Below, piece after piece: positions 15,246-25,017 of a stretch of DNA of 56,988 nt; position 1 is the stretch's first letter; each line of letters begins with the position of its first letter. A program made the position numbers and the translations under genes. Location of the stretch: positions 1 through 56,988 of IMG/VR virus record IMGVR_UViG_3300018080_000023. One strand, written 5' to 3'. The notes beneath the pieces are model-generated. The model ran no database searches. It was not told the origin of the DNA and worked only from the letters and a program-made list of their open reading frames with translations. Source of the DNA: a virus (taxonomy: Duplodnaviria > Caudoviricetes).

Positions 15246-17270
15246 ATGGGCATGGCTGAAGATACTGTAACGCTAGAACCAGAACAGACAGAGGCGACAC
15301 CTGATCGCCCGTTTCTTGACGTAAAGAGCAACCAGCAACTGAATGCTGACGCGATGGAACGTCAAACAAAGAAGCTCCTCAACGACGAGGAGTATAATTC
15401 CCGCTTAGCATCTCTCATAGAAGAACGCTTTCAACGTGCAGTCACAGCCAAGGACGCCCAGACAGACATCCTGATGGATCAACTCCGAAGGCGCAAGGGT
15501 GTCTATTCAGCCTCACGCATGGCGGAGATCAAAAGGCAGGGCGGATCTGACATCTGGATGAAGCTCACCGAGATCAAGTGTAATGCCGCTGATGCTTGGA
15601 TAGCTGACATCATAACCCCAGTAGAAGAGAAGCCTTGGTCCCTATCCCCTACTCCGGTCCCTGAGCTCCCTTCAGACCTTGTAGATGAGATAGCCAACAG
15701 GACCATAGCCGACCTTGAGGCCAATGACTTTCAGTTCAATGAGGAAGAGATAGCCGAGATCGCGGTCAAGTACCGTGACGAGATGTTTGCTCAGGCAGAT
15801 GAGGCGGCACAGAAGCGTGCCAAGCGTATGGATGAAGAGATCGATGATCAGTTCACTGAGGGTGAGTTGGCGGAGGCGCTCGAAGAGGGTATAAGCGATC
15901 TGACGACCTTCGGCACCATGATCATCAAGGGTCCGTTCCTGAGATTCAAGAAGAAGCTTCAGTGGGATGACAAGAACAACTTCGCTCCGATAGTATCTGA
16001 CGAGTTGACTATGCAGTTTAAGGCTATTGATCCCCTTAAGTTCTTTCCGTCAGCCGGGGCCACGACTCCAAACGATGCGGTATATACCTGCGAGGTAGAC
16101 GAGTTTACCCGGAAAGCCCTCTCAAACATGAAGGGTATGCCAAACTATTCTGATACACGTATTGATAAACTCCTGAGAGAGAACAGGAAAGGGGTCACGG
16201 TACCGCTCAAGACTAACTCAGAACAGAGTGATCTCGAGGACAGGGACAGCTCAACAGACCTTGAAAACCCTGACGCGAACTATCAGGGCGTATGGCATTG
16301 TGGCGAAATGGAAGGCTATGTCCTGAAGGAGTGGGGGCTTTCCGGCGTTCAGGAGAACGAGAGCTACGAGATTGTTGCGCTGAAGATTGGCGGCGAGGTG
16401 ATACATTGCCATCTGAACCCAGATCCTCTTGGCCGCAGGGATTACGTCAAGGCCGTCTACAAGCCCGTAAAGGGCTCGTTCTGGGGTGAAGGTATACCTC
16501 TGCTGATGAAAGACATGCAGGACGCCTGTAACAGCACGGCAAGACACCTTATCAATAACCTCGCGGTAGGGTCTGGTCCTCAGGTAGTAGTCAGTGATAT
16601 CGACGCTCTGGCAGAGGGTGAGGACATCACGGCTATGTATCCTTGGAAGATTTGGCAGTTCAATGATCCGATGAGGACGGGGAAGAGTCCGGTAAGCTTT
16701 GATCAGCCTCAGGTTTACGCTCGCGAGCTCATGGAAGTCTTTAAGTTCTGGATGGATCTGGCTGATGAAGAGACTGGTATTCCAAAGTACGAATACGGTC
16801 AGGCCAGCACAAAGGGTGCAGGCGCTACAGCCTCGGGCCTCGCGATGCTCATGAACAGCTCCAGCCGTGTCCTCAAGAAGTCTATCCAGAATGTAGACAA
16901 GAGGATCTTTAAGCCGCTGATCGAGAAAGCTTTTGTTTGGAACATGCTGTACAACGACGACCAGAGCATCAAGGGTGACGTCCAGATCGAGACTCAGGGC
17001 GCCATGGGTATCTTTGTCAAGGAACAGCGCCAACTCAGGCTATCAGAATTTACACAGAATACGGCCAACCCGGACGACAGGCAGATCCTTGGACTGAAGG
17101 GCAGGGCAAGACTCCTGAGGGAGAATGCCAAGGGGCTGGATATTCCCATAGATGAGCTGTTGCCTTCCGAGCTCGAGATAGAGCAGATGGAAGAGGCAAT
17201 GAGGCGACAGGCTCAAATGGCACAGATGGAACAAGGCGGGGTACCGGGCGGAGTCCCGGCGGGGCAATAA
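15246..17270 (+). CDS. portal protein
   Basis: 674 aa ahead of scaffold and capsid; GSFWGEGIP.LM.D.Q..CN...R.LINN, ADEETGIP and TASGLAMLM are typical of podovirus-type portals. Confidence 0.9.
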   Translation: MGMAEDTVTLEPEQTEATPDRPFLDVKSNQQLNADAMERQTKKLLNDEEYNSRLASLIEERFQRAVTAKDAQTDILMDQLRRRKGVYSASRMAEIKRQGGSDIWMKLTEIKCNAADAWIADIITPVEEKPWSLSPTPVPELPSDLVDEIANRTIADLEANDFQFNEEEIAEIAVKYRDEMFAQADEAAQKRAKRMDEEIDDQFTEGELAEALEEGISDLTTFGTMIIKGPFLRFKKKLQWDDKNNFAPIVSDELTMQFKAIDPLKFFPSAGATTPNDAVYTCEVDEFTRKALSNMKGMPNYSDTRIDKLLRENRKGVTVPLKTNSEQSDLEDRDSSTDLENPDANYQGVWHCGEMEGYVLKEWGLSGVQENESYEIVALKIGGEVIHCHLNPDPLGRRDYVKAVYKPVKGSFWGEGIPLLMKDMQDACNSTARHLINNLAVGSGPQVVVSDIDALAEGEDITAMYPWKIWQFNDPMRTGKSPVSFDQPQVYARELMEVFKFWMDLADEETGIPKYEYGQASTKGAGATASGLAMLMNSSSRVLKKSIQNVDKRIFKPLIEKAFVWNMLYNDDQSIKGDVQIETQGAMGIFVKEQRQLRLSEFTQNTANPDDRQILGLKGRARLLRENAKGLDIPIDELLPSELEIEQMEEAMRRQAQMAQMEQGGVPGGVPAGQ

Positions 17271-17293
17271 TAACAACAGAAGGAGAAAGAGCT

Positions 17294-17551
17294 ATGGCAC
17301 AGTACCAGATACTTAGGGCAGGCATAGTAGTCCTTGGCGACTCGAGTCTCGGAACAGCGGCTCAGGTTCGTTGCGGTTCAAAGACCACAAGGGCAACAGT
17401 GTATGCTGAAGAGAATGACGGCTTCAACAGTGCTCCTATCGGCTCGCTGTATCTCAGCAACGACGGATCTACTGGCAAACTTTATGTCAAGGTAGCCGGA
17501 GCTGGGGCCAGTACCGATTGGCAGAAAGCCACTACGACAGCCGCTGACTAA
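17294..17551 (+). CDS. small virion structural protein
   Basis: APIGSLYLSNDG...LYVK...W motif seen in phage fibre and head proteins. Confidence 0.6.
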   Translation: MAQYQILRAGIVVLGDSSLGTAAQVRCGSKTTRATVYAEENDGFNSAPIGSLYLSNDGSTGKLYVKVAGAGASTDWQKATTTAAD

Positions 17552-17584
17552 AACCTTAACCGCCCAATAGGCAGGTGAAGTGAT

Positions 17585-17716
17585 ATGAAAGGCAAAGGCA
17601 AGAAAGTGATGGGAATGGGTGATCACGCCCGAACCCACATGAAAGGCTACAAGGATGTTACGCACGGGCATAAAAACCTGAAGGCTGGCAAACCTTGCAA
17701 TGCTAAAAAGATGTGA
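17585..17716 (+). CDS. small basic protein (43 aa)
   Basis: MKGKGKKVMGMGDH...; AGGTG RBS; lies in the head module. Confidence 0.5.
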   Translation: MKGKGKKVMGMGDHARTHMKGYKDVTHGHKNLKAGKPCNAKKM

Positions 17717-17724
17717 TGAGTTGC

Positions 17725-17753
17725 GGTGCCGGGGGGTAAGACCTCTCGGCACC
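17725..17753 (+). other. intergenic GC-rich stem-loop
   Basis: GGTGCCG...CGGCACC; no U-tract. Confidence 0.45.
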
Positions 17754-17773
17754 TTAACCCAGAAAGAAGAACA

Positions 17774-18076
17774 ATGAGAACAATGAGACATATCAAGTTT
17801 AAGAAAGATACCAAAGAGACATGCCTGAAGATCCTTGCCGATCTCAGGAATGATCGTGATTTTCAGTACTTGGTAGAAAATATGCTCGCGGAGACTTATG
17901 AAGTTAACCGCGACCGATGCGCGGAAATGATCCATACCATGCCAGAGTTCCCGGTAGTCCAAGGCGTGACGCAGGCATTCCGCGAGATCACAGAGATTTG
18001 TCATGAAGCTCGAGAGGTTCTTGAGCGCATTCATAATAAAACCAACACCCGACCAGTAGGCCGAGAGAGGAGATAG
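17774..18076 (+). CDS. conserved small head-module protein
   Basis: sits between portal and scaffold; helical, VVQG..QAF.EI. Confidence 0.6.
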   Translation: MRTMRHIKFKKDTKETCLKILADLRNDRDFQYLVENMLAETYEVNRDRCAEMIHTMPEFPVVQGVTQAFREITEICHEAREVLERIHNKTNTRPVGRERR

Positions 18077-18081
18077 ATAAC

Positions 18082-19170
18082 ATGACAATACCAGACAACC
18101 TTCCAGATTCCGTTAAGAAGGACATGGAAGATGTGCAGAAATTCGAGGAGCAAAGAAAAGGACGACGCGACAGTGCCGCCCCTGTTTCTACGAATGAAGC
18201 CGACAGTGGGCAAGCCGTGGGCAAGGCTGTATCTTCGGATGCACCGACAAACCCCAGCGAGCCTAAGGAAGAGCCAGCGACTCGCGCAGTTGAGTCATTG
18301 GAGCAAACCGTAAAACGCCTTGAGCAGGAAAAGGCTGACCTTAAGCGCCAGCTAAATTCCGTCAGTGGAAATTACGGAGGAACAGTACAGAAGCTGAAGT
18401 CTCGAATATTCGATCTTCAACAGCAGAATGAAGACATGAAGAAAGAGATGGACCGCCTTGCCGAGGAGGGTGCAGGAAAAGCCGGAGATCCAACCGAGTC
18501 TCCTGTAGATCCGAACATGCCTCCCGAAGGTACATCAGAGCATCTAAAGTATGTTACTGATGAGCTCGTGGATAAGTATGGAGCCGAGTTTTTCGATGCG
18601 GTATCGCTCGTTGCCCGAGGATTGGACGACAAGCGTTTCGAAGAGCTGAGAGAAAAGGCATCCGAAGCTGAAACCAAGGTACTGGACTTCGAAACTCGCC
18701 AAAAGACCGAGAGGTTCTGGCGGGACGTTGAGAAGGAAGCTCCCAATGCATATGCTGTCAACGGTGACGCAGAGCGTGGCATTCCGTGTGCTGAAGGATG
18801 GGGTAGGTATCTGGACGAACCAATAGCAGAAGGGAGCCTGATCACTCGCAGAGAGGAAGCTGAACGTGCCATGGCGGCGCTGGATGCTTCGGCATTTGCG
18901 AGACTGGTCAATGAGTTCCAGAAGCTAAAGGCTCAAAATAGTAGTTCAACCCCGAGTCAATCGGGACCAGCAGGACAGGCAGTGCCGCAAAGTTCGGCCT
19001 CACCTGTTCACGTTGATCCAAATTCAGGCAATGGTCCGATCATCCCGGAGAGTGAAGTAATCGCTTTCCAGAATGCTAAGCCCGACGCTTACTCGATTGA
19101 TGAGGTTAATAGATTAACGGCAAAGTATGCCAGTGCATATCGAGAAGGCAGAATTCAGAAAGGAGCCTAA
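18082..19170 (+). CDS. capsid scaffolding protein
   Basis: acidic coiled coil directly upstream of the major capsid; ends AYREGRI. Confidence 0.75.
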   Translation: MTIPDNLPDSVKKDMEDVQKFEEQRKGRRDSAAPVSTNEADSGQAVGKAVSSDAPTNPSEPKEEPATRAVESLEQTVKRLEQEKADLKRQLNSVSGNYGGTVQKLKSRIFDLQQQNEDMKKEMDRLAEEGAGKAGDPTESPVDPNMPPEGTSEHLKYVTDELVDKYGAEFFDAVSLVARGLDDKRFEELREKASEAETKVLDFETRQKTERFWRDVEKEAPNAYAVNGDAERGIPCAEGWGRYLDEPIAEGSLITRREEAERAMAALDASAFARLVNEFQKLKAQNSSSTPSQSGPAGQAVPQSSASPVHVDPNSGNGPIIPESEVIAFQNAKPDAYSIDEVNRLTAKYASAYREGRIQKGA

Positions 19171-19210
19171 ACGAAATGCGTCTGGGATATAACGTCAAAG
19201 GAGAAAAGGA

Positions 19211-20140
19211 ATGAGCGTTTCACCGACACCGGGGAATCCCCAGTACGCTGATAGCGACATAGCCTATATCCCACAGATGTATGCCAAGAGCGTTAACGTC
19301 AAGTACTATGCTAGGTCAGTGCTTGCCGCCATCTCGAACACAAAGTACGAGGGCGACATCAAAGACCACGGCGATAAAGTGATCATAAGGACTCGTCCTA
19401 CTATCACTATTCGCAACTATGCTAAGGGTCAGGACCTCACTCAGGAAACCCCTGAGAGTGCTCCTCTCACGATGAACATAGACAAGGCTAAGTACTACGA
19501 TTTCGTTATTGACGACGTCGATGAGAAACAGGCTGACATAGTCCTCTCGTCCGAATTCACGGACGACGCATCTGAGCAGATGCGTATCGCAATTGACACT
19601 GACGTGCTCGGGTCAGTATATGCAGATGCCGATAGTAGCAACAAGGGTGCGACCGCTGGAGCAATCAGTGGCGCCTACAACCTTGGCGCTACTGGATCGC
19701 CTCTAGCGGTAACCAAACAGAACGTAATCGACGTAATCACATCGATTGGCGCAGTGCTCGATGAGCAGAACGTGCCTGATGAGATGCGCTCGCTGGTCGT
19801 TCCGGCATGGTTCCGTTACATGATCATGAATAGTGATCTTACCAACGCCTCGATAACAGGCGACGATAAGAGCCCGATTCGTAATGGTCGCGTGGGCGAA
19901 ATCGACAACATCACGCTGTACATGAGCAACCTGCTTGCTACTACGACGGATGGGTCTAACACTGTAACCAACATGATTGGTTGCCAGTATGACGCCCTTT
20001 CGTTTGCTTCTCAGCTCGTCAAGAACGAGACTCTGAGGGCTTCACGTAAGTTTGGTCGCGAGTACAGGGGTCTGCAAGTATATGGTTACAAGGTGGTCAA
20101 GGACGAAGGTATGGTCCACCTGTATGCCTACAAGGGTTAA
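19211..20140 (+). CDS. major capsid protein (P22-coat-like, HK97 fold)
   Basis: YIPQMYA, ISNTKYEGDIK..GDKVII, LDEQNVP..R, RGLQVYGYKVV. Confidence 0.9.
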   Translation: MSVSPTPGNPQYADSDIAYIPQMYAKSVNVKYYARSVLAAISNTKYEGDIKDHGDKVIIRTRPTITIRNYAKGQDLTQETPESAPLTMNIDKAKYYDFVIDDVDEKQADIVLSSEFTDDASEQMRIAIDTDVLGSVYADADSSNKGATAGAISGAYNLGATGSPLAVTKQNVIDVITSIGAVLDEQNVPDEMRSLVVPAWFRYMIMNSDLTNASITGDDKSPIRNGRVGEIDNITLYMSNLLATTTDGSNTVTNMIGCQYDALSFASQLVKNETLRASRKFGREYRGLQVYGYKVVKDEGMVHLYAYKG

Positions 20141-20160
20141 TCCCAGAGGAGAGATATAAG

Positions 20161-20739
20161 ATGAAGAATCGCGTATTCTCAATAGTTCTGGGTGCCCTCT
20201 GTGTTCTCGCCATTGCTTTGGTGGGATTCGCAGATACTCAGGACAAAACTGTCGGGGGTACCTCCGGGTATCCGGCTAACGTACGGGGCAAGACTTTCCT
20301 TCTGGAAAGAACGATTGACTTTGCTCTGTCTGCAAACACTGGTACTTCTGGCGATGTCTACCAGATGCTTAACATACCTGCGGGTAGTTATGTCATCGCG
20401 GCTGGACTGGAAGTAGAGACTATAGAAGATAGCACATGTACGCTCACGATTGGTGACGGCACGGACGCAGATGGATGGATCAAGTCCACATCTATGACTG
20501 GCGACGTTACTTATGCGTGGACCACATGGGCGGCTACAAATGCTCCTATCGTCTATCTGAACGCCAGTACCAATGCAACCACAACTACTGTGCAGATAGC
20601 ATCGTCTTCGATGCCTGCATATGTGGGCGGAAAGGCCTATACGTCTGCCGATACAATCGACATGACGCTTGGTGCTAACGCTGATACCCTGAAGATAACT
20701 ATCAGGGCTCTGGTTGTGCCTATTGCAGGAACTGAATAA
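20161..20739 (+). CDS. capsid decoration/cement-like beta-sandwich protein with an N-terminal signal peptide
   Basis: directly follows the capsid gene; TIDF...GDVYQMLNIPAGSYVI...TLTIGDG.D.DG...GKAYTSADTID; leader MKNRVFSIVLGALCVLAIALVGFA. Confidence 0.7.
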   Translation: MKNRVFSIVLGALCVLAIALVGFADTQDKTVGGTSGYPANVRGKTFLLERTIDFALSANTGTSGDVYQMLNIPAGSYVIAAGLEVETIEDSTCTLTIGDGTDADGWIKSTSMTGDVTYAWTTWAATNAPIVYLNASTNATTTTVQIASSSMPAYVGGKAYTSADTIDMTLGANADTLKITIRALVVPIAGTE

Positions 20740-20747
20740 TCAGTAAA

Positions 20748-20790
20748 TTGGCTGGGAGGAGCCCTTCGGGGTTCCTCCCGCTTCAGCCAA
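20748..20790 (+). terminator. UUCG-capped stem-loop after the capsid and decoration genes (attenuator or mRNA stabiliser)
   Basis: GGGAGGAGCCC-TTCG-GGGTTCCTCCC, extended by TTGGCTG/CAGCCAA; lacks a U-tract. Confidence 0.6.
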
Positions 20791-20807
20791 AGAAAGGAAA
20801 GAAACAA

Positions 20808-21158
20808 ATGGCTATCAGTGAATCCAAAAAGTTCCTCAAGAGTACTAAGGACGGATACGTTTATCCTTACACCGAAATCCTCGCTCAGCGCGATGATATG
20901 ATCGTGTGTGAAGGTAGCGGCGAAGTCAAGGCTCCCAAGTCCGAAGGGCAGGAAGCTGTAGGGCTCGAAGAGGAAATAAATAAACTGAGAAAGCGGCAGG
21001 ATGTTCTGGATATCGCGGCCCGGTATGACGTCGAGTTCGATGCCCCGGACGCTAAGATCATAGAGCTGAAAGCGGCACTAATCGCTGATCTCAAAGAAAG
21101 AAAAATCATTGCACCTGAGTCCACTGAGGATGACGGTAAAGACGCTGGCGAGGAGTAA
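20808..21158 (+). CDS. hypothetical head-associated protein
   Basis: AAAGGA RBS before MAISES. Confidence 0.65.
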   Translation: MAISESKKFLKSTKDGYVYPYTEILAQRDDMIVCEGSGEVKAPKSEGQEAVGLEEEINKLRKRQDVLDIAARYDVEFDAPDAKIIELKAALIADLKERKIIAPESTEDDGKDAGEE

Positions 21159-21161
21159 GAT

Positions 21162-22031
21162 ATGTCTGTCTCGTTTGATAATTTAAAGGTATTGGCAATC
21201 CCACAACTGAATTCATGTCCTAACCAGATTATCGAACAGCGTCTGTATACAATGGCAAAACGATTCTTTAATCGCAGTGAAGTCTGGATTCTAACCCAGA
21301 ACCAAGCTGTGGTTGCAAATCAGTTAGCCTACGTGCTTTCCCTCCCTACAGGCTACACGAATGCAGAGGCCAAGCGCCTGCGTGGGGTGTGGTATGGGGA
21401 GGATGCCGCTGACAAAGCGGATAGTGATCTCGTTGATACCGAGAGATACGAACTGGATCGATCAAGGGCATACGTCCTCATGGCCGGAACAGCAAGCCCG
21501 GACATCACGGGAAGGTATTACTACAATGGAGCGAGCTACAATAGCGAGAAGGTCTACGAGTTCGGATCTACGCCATACTTCATATGGAACGATGGATCTA
21601 ATTGGATTTTAAGCACAGCGGTGGGAACCAAGACGAATTACTATTCAGCGGCAACCCTGACGGCTACATGGACTGCCGCCGGGACCTACACGGGAGCACC
21701 CACATCAACAAACGGCGATGATCTGGCCGTCTACCTTTATACCCCATGGACAAGCGCCATCACATCAGGCCTCACGACAGAGCTGGTGCTGACCCCGGAC
21801 ATAGCCAACCATGAGGTGCCCGGCGAGTATATGGACGACTGGGGGATACGCGGGATTCTTGAAGGAACACTCATGAGTCTTAAGCGTGACCGCAACCAGC
21901 CATGGGAGGACCGGGACGGAGCCAAGGAGCATGAGCGCGAATGGCTCAGGTCTATTGCGGAGGCTAAACGGATTCCATTTAACAAACGTAAAAGCGGTGA
22001 TCTTAGAGTGACACCAAGGTGGTTTGCATGA
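21162..22031 (+). CDS. head-tail adaptor-like protein with an inserted ~80-aa beta domain
   Basis: position; RFF.RSEVW and C-terminal QPWED...A...F(A) pattern; insert at about 21471-21717. Confidence 0.6.
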   Translation: MSVSFDNLKVLAIPQLNSCPNQIIEQRLYTMAKRFFNRSEVWILTQNQAVVANQLAYVLSLPTGYTNAEAKRLRGVWYGEDAADKADSDLVDTERYELDRSRAYVLMAGTASPDITGRYYYNGASYNSEKVYEFGSTPYFIWNDGSNWILSTAVGTKTNYYSAATLTATWTAAGTYTGAPTSTNGDDLAVYLYTPWTSAITSGLTTELVLTPDIANHEVPGEYMDDWGIRGILEGTLMSLKRDRNQPWEDRDGAKEHEREWLRSIAEAKRIPFNKRKSGDLRVTPRWFA

Positions 22032-22387
22032 GCGCACAGATCCTATTTTCCGTACCAATAGCAAAAGCCCGTAAGTGGCTCGATGATGCCAGTGCCGTAG
22101 ACTGGACGGCGGCAGAGCTTCTGGAGTGGGCTAACGATGCTGTAGCTTACATCATGAGCCTCAGGCCTGATACGCGGATAGCCGCAGATCATACGGAAGT
22201 AACATTCACGGCTGTGACTAACGTGGCAACAGAGTATATTCCTTTTGCAAATGCTGAGAAGTGGTCAATAGTGATAGCGCACTATATTGCTATTCAGGGC
22301 TTTTCTCAGGATGCCGGGGACGAGCGAGATGCATCTCGTGCGGCATATCATCAGGAGCAATTTGACAAAGCAATAGCAGGTATCTAG
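22028..22387 (+). CDS. adaptor protein (DUF6682-like)
   Basis: AR.WLDD....WT.AELLEWANDA...I..LRPD. Confidence 0.65.
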   Translation: MSAQILFSVPIAKARKWLDDASAVDWTAAELLEWANDAVAYIMSLRPDTRIAADHTEVTFTAVTNVATEYIPFANAEKWSIVIAHYIAIQGFSQDAGDERDASRAAYHQEQFDKAIAGI

Positions 22388-22398
22388 GAGGATTAAAC

Positions 22399-25008
22399 AT
22401 GGCAACACCAGACTGTCTTATTCTCGCTGATACCAGTCCAGCCTCAACCCCAGCCCCAGACTATAGGTGCATAGCCTTCCAGAACGGAGCCACCAATGAC
22501 GGCCAGCCTGTATTTCAGAAGGAAAACTCTTCCGTCTATGTCTGGTACAACGCCGGGGATGCTACATGGCGAATCAACGGCGTTGTGGGTGATACGTCTG
22601 GTAATGCGTTTTCATCAGCTACTATTTCAGGAGACTTCTCGGCAATAGGCGGGGCAACAGGATCTATTAATGTCTCGGATGGCGGAGAGGTCAGAAAATA
22701 CCTCAAGGAGAAGGATGCCAGAATGGTCTATATCGGGACCGCTGGTATACCGAGGACGCAGGAGCTTCACAGGCGCTGGGATAAGATCAAGGATAAACAG
22801 ACACAGGACTGCATCGACCTCCTGTACTCGTGGACGAGCGCAGAGAACTACAACGAACAGTACTATGTCGAAGACCCTCGCGCTGTAGGTCCTCGAGGAG
22901 ATCAGGTCTGGGATGGCAGGTGGCGGCTTGTCAATGTCATTCGGCAGGGAGATGCTCCTGAGGGCATAACGGAGATTCTTCGCTTTGGGTTCCAGAAGTA
23001 CTCAGGAACGCCGTCAGATCCCCTTGATCAGTCCGAGGCACGGTTAGGGCAGGGGCAGGCCAATACAGTGACAGGTGACCTTGTTTTTGTGCAGGAGTGG
23101 CGCTATACAGACCCAGAAGATCACGACGATATTTTAGGATACATGGCGGCAATTAAGACTGTCACTAACCCGACGGTAGAAGGCGAGACAATTACAGGAG
23201 TCTTTGCCTGCTCGAACATCACCAGCCAGCCAAATGAAGACGGATCTATACTTATCCGCAGGACTCTCACGGAACTCCACTCAATCACTGCATTGGCAAA
23301 CCTTACGGCCTTGGCGCCGATTATCTCACAGGAGGAGGAGTTCCTGAATTTGTTTGCATGGGAGCCGGGCGACGAAGAGAAGCTTGTCTACGTGCATAAG
23401 AATATCAATCCTACGAGTCAGGCCTACTGCATGGAGACTCTGACTGCGGCCAACCTCGAGACTATTCCCGGCGGGACATGGGAGCTTTACGACCGCAAGT
23501 TTGAGGAAGATCCTCAGGATGGTACCGCGACGTTCACTGTGCTCTTCATGAAAGAGACATGGGATGCTGACTATGACGATAAGAATACTGTCAGGGTAAC
23601 CGAGGCCTCGGGATGGGCAAGGGCGGCTATGCTTCAGGCTACAGGGGAATCACAGGCGCAGGCCCTCTCAGACTTCGCGGCAAGCGTAATTGACTTCAAT
23701 GGTGCGGCATTTGCTGAAGGCACCCAGTACAACAAGGGTGACGCAGTTCAGTATAGCGGATCGAACTATATCTGCATCAGTCCTCATCTTGGCACATGGA
23801 GTGCCGCAGACTTCGTGAAAGGCTCTTATCTTCTTGGGACCAGAGATATGCAACATGCAGGCCGGGGCGAATATGTATTGACTGGACAGATGGTCCCGGC
23901 TTATGACGGCACAACGGCAGGCGATGCTATCACGATCAGTAATGGCGCATTCTTTACGGACTCAGAAAGTAAGTTTGGGGTCAGGGTCTGGTGGAAGCGG
24001 AGCGCGGCGGCTAAAGACACTCTGGTAACAGCCGAAACCGGAGAGGCTAATCTTGCGTGGACGCATGAGGGCAATACATTCCAGCCTCATCACTGGAGCG
24101 TGCAAGACCATGGAGATGGCACATATACAGTAAGACAGTTTGGGTTTGCGATCCTGAGCGCCACAGGGGGAACGCTTGATGCCGCTTATTATGTGGTGAG
24201 GATTAAGCCGGGCATAACAACCAATGATCAGCCGCTTATCATGAGGGTCTGGCCAAACATCACAGAGGCCGCAAAGGATGAGCTCATAGCTAATGGTGGC
24301 ACAGCTCGGAGCGACAAGTCTTTCGGATCGCCTCTTTTTGCCAGCTCTACAGCTTATGTTCACGCCGACTGCTGGGTTCAGGACGGTGGCCAGTCCGGGT
24401 ATACCGTAAGACAACTTCTCGTGTTTCTTGAGGCAGGCACGGCTAATGAAGATGCTACGATAACGAGGATCACCCCTGATGTCCGGGGCGGAAACGCCAG
24501 ACTGCAGAGGACTTGGTATCACCGGACGGAAGACGCGATGACGACGCTGACTACGTCCTCAGGCAATGCTATATCTGATTACACTTATGACGGCAATGAT
24601 TACACCCATGCAGACTGCTTGATTGTGGATCGTGGCCGCGGCGGGTTTGATGTTGTACAGACCCTTATCCTTTTCGATGTCTCGTATTCCTTTACCGCGG
24701 CGCCATGGTCAGAAGACTTTTTGGAGTACAAATACTTCACGAGAAGCAAGGATGAGAAGATCCAGATCGTAACGTACAGAAAGTATCTGTTCGCTCGGGT
24801 CACAGAGAAACAGGCGTGGGATGCCATAGATGATCTGATTACTGACGGCACAGACAGGAATCCTGCCGATACAGCTAATGTTGCCCCAGTCTCAGGCACG
24901 GCAAGGGTCAAGAGGATTAAGGGCGGCTATCTCGGATCTCTGCTGGTACTTCTCGCCGTGAGTGACTGGAAGGAACAGGGAGACTTCCCTAGCTGGCCGA
25001 AACCATAA
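22399..25008 (+). CDS. tail/virion protein with a CBM5/12-like module and ~85-aa internal repeats
   Basis: AFAEGTQYNKGDAVQYSGSNYIC; three repeats of R(V/T)W...(A)AKD.L...H.dc.VQD.G.G.YTVRQ. Confidence 0.65.
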   Translation: MATPDCLILADTSPASTPAPDYRCIAFQNGATNDGQPVFQKENSSVYVWYNAGDATWRINGVVGDTSGNAFSSATISGDFSAIGGATGSINVSDGGEVRKYLKEKDARMVYIGTAGIPRTQELHRRWDKIKDKQTQDCIDLLYSWTSAENYNEQYYVEDPRAVGPRGDQVWDGRWRLVNVIRQGDAPEGITEILRFGFQKYSGTPSDPLDQSEARLGQGQANTVTGDLVFVQEWRYTDPEDHDDILGYMAAIKTVTNPTVEGETITGVFACSNITSQPNEDGSILIRRTLTELHSITALANLTALAPIISQEEEFLNLFAWEPGDEEKLVYVHKNINPTSQAYCMETLTAANLETIPGGTWELYDRKFEEDPQDGTATFTVLFMKETWDADYDDKNTVRVTEASGWARAAMLQATGESQAQALSDFAASVIDFNGAAFAEGTQYNKGDAVQYSGSNYICISPHLGTWSAADFVKGSYLLGTRDMQHAGRGEYVLTGQMVPAYDGTTAGDAITISNGAFFTDSESKFGVRVWWKRSAAAKDTLVTAETGEANLAWTHEGNTFQPHHWSVQDHGDGTYTVRQFGFAILSATGGTLDAAYYVVRIKPGITTNDQPLIMRVWPNITEAAKDELIANGGTARSDKSFGSPLFASSTAYVHADCWVQDGGQSGYTVRQLLVFLEAGTANEDATITRITPDVRGGNARLQRTWYHRTEDAMTTLTTSSGNAISDYTYDGNDYTHADCLIVDRGRGGFDVVQTLILFDVSYSFTAAPWSEDFLEYKYFTRSKDEKIQIVTYRKYLFARVTEKQAWDAIDDLITDGTDRNPADTANVAPVSGTARVKRIKGGYLGSLLVLLAVSDWKEQGDFPSWPKP

Positions 25009-25017
25009 GGACAAGAA

